The position numbers were made by a program, and so were the translations under genes. From Lama glama (taxonomy: Eukaryota): a DNA stretch of 64,000 nucleotides. The notes beneath the pieces were generated by a model. The model saw nothing but the letters and a program-made list of their open reading frames with translations, was not told the DNA's origin and did not search any database. Positions within the stretch are counted from its first letter, which is position 1. The number at the start of each line of letters is the position of its first letter. Positions 62,870-64,000 of this stretch are shown here, in pieces. The DNA lies in the NCBI GenBank assembly GCA_028534125.1, contig CM052817.1:6758001-6822000 (forward strand). The letters run 5' to 3'.

Positions 62870-63830
62870 AACTATTTCCATAATGATTGACAGATCAAGG
62901 ATAAAATATCCATCTATCTGCAACTGTTCAGGTTAAGAAGGAGGTTGTATACATTTCCCAATGGATATGTGCAGGGTGACATTAAAAATATTAAACCACT
63001 GTAACGGCACAAATTGTGACCGAGTAGAACTGACACTGGCTGTTACCAGTCAACATGGCCTTAGCAGTGTGAGCCCATGGGCATCAACCCTGGATATGAG
63101 TACTCTGTCTAAACAAGAAATAATACAACACGTAAGAAGGAAAAAAATCATGCAGTATTAGAAGAATTGTATTATTAGTTTTCCTTTTGGCCCATCCTGA
63201 TTTTTATTCTCTGTTATGATGTTACATAAATCAATTTTCTGCTTGGCTTTTGAAGTTAGAGTGTGTACCTTCGTTGATTTGATCATGTGCCTTGGGATTA
63301 GAGATCAAAAATCACAGAAGGTATTTATTCTAATGAAATACAATTTGTCTGTTCTTATTTTGAAATTAATTTCATGGATTCATAAGCTCTTGATTGTCAG
63401 CAGTAAAAGGGCAAAAATGAAGGGAGGGGGTGGAAAAACCAAGGACTGAAATTCCCAGTTAACTTACTACAGAGTGAGTTGGCCAGCCCTAGACCCCGGA
63501 TCTGCTGATTTCCTGCAATTTGCTGCTGGTTTAACAGAGAGATCAGGCTTTTGTTTTATTATTTATTTTTCCAGCCTGGTCATGAATTTTCAAACTAATC
63601 TGGAGCATTTTCCCATCACATTTTCTAGACAATGGCAATCTAAAATGTTGGGTTTTTATTTTCCCTTGGTAAGAATCTTTCTGCATCTGAAATGTGCATG
63701 CTGAAAAAAAAAGAACGTAATTAGTTAACTCTGCATTATTCAGGTCTTCCACTGCTGGAAAATTCTGCTCACCAAGGGAAATAATCAAACCATTCATTAA
63801 TGGAAAATAAATAATGAATAGAATATAAAA
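62870..63830. promoter_or_regulatory. candidate enhancer with canonical PBX-MEIS/PREP site
   Basis: TGATTGACAG 62884-62893; palindrome TGAAATTAATTTCA 63361-63374; TGATTGTCAG 63391-63400; repeat-free. Confidence 0.35.
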
Positions 63831-64000
63831 CAAATTCACATACATTAGAGAAAAATTTGTGCAAAATATTAGCTTTTAAGTTCCAAATACCATTTTCCAT
63901 TGGTGAAAGGACAAACGAGCCTTTCAAGGCAGAACCATGCCTTTGGATATGGAAGTTATCCACAGAGACCTCCTGGACTCTAATAAAACCAACAGTGGCA

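Overview
Mammalian, almost certainly camelid (alpaca/llama/camel), non-coding genomic DNA: an intergenic stretch or a large intron. The lineage call rests on a Vic-1-type tRNA-derived SINE at 57391-57556, three young near-identical L1 3' ends of the camelid type, and no recognisable Alu, Bov-A/Bov-tA or PRE-1. I could not recognise any host protein-coding gene. The only ORFs with identifiable protein similarity are L1 ORF2p fragments. The window is a mosaic of MIR/L2, MaLR/ERVL LTRs (MLT1, MLT2, LTR33), ERV1 solo LTRs (MER90-like, a cetartiodactyl LTR with a 4-bp TSD, two MER41-like), hAT and Tigger MITEs, microsatellites and a 288-N gap. Several repeat-free, motif-dense blocks look like developmental enhancers. 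Most interesting: (i) two MER41-like LTRs, one keeping a palindromic STAT site converted to N4 spacing; (ii) a tail-to-tail inverted pair of young L1s ~0.9 kb apart; (iii) several plus-strand exon-like segments with good splice sites around the LTR cluster (possible unannotated lncRNA); (iv) a perfect 28-bp palindrome; (v) a GC-shifted old L1 with an unexplained GC-rich insert. Repeat family names come from recalled consensus similarity, not a database search, and old-repeat boundaries are approximate. I see no convincing evidence for a new biological system.
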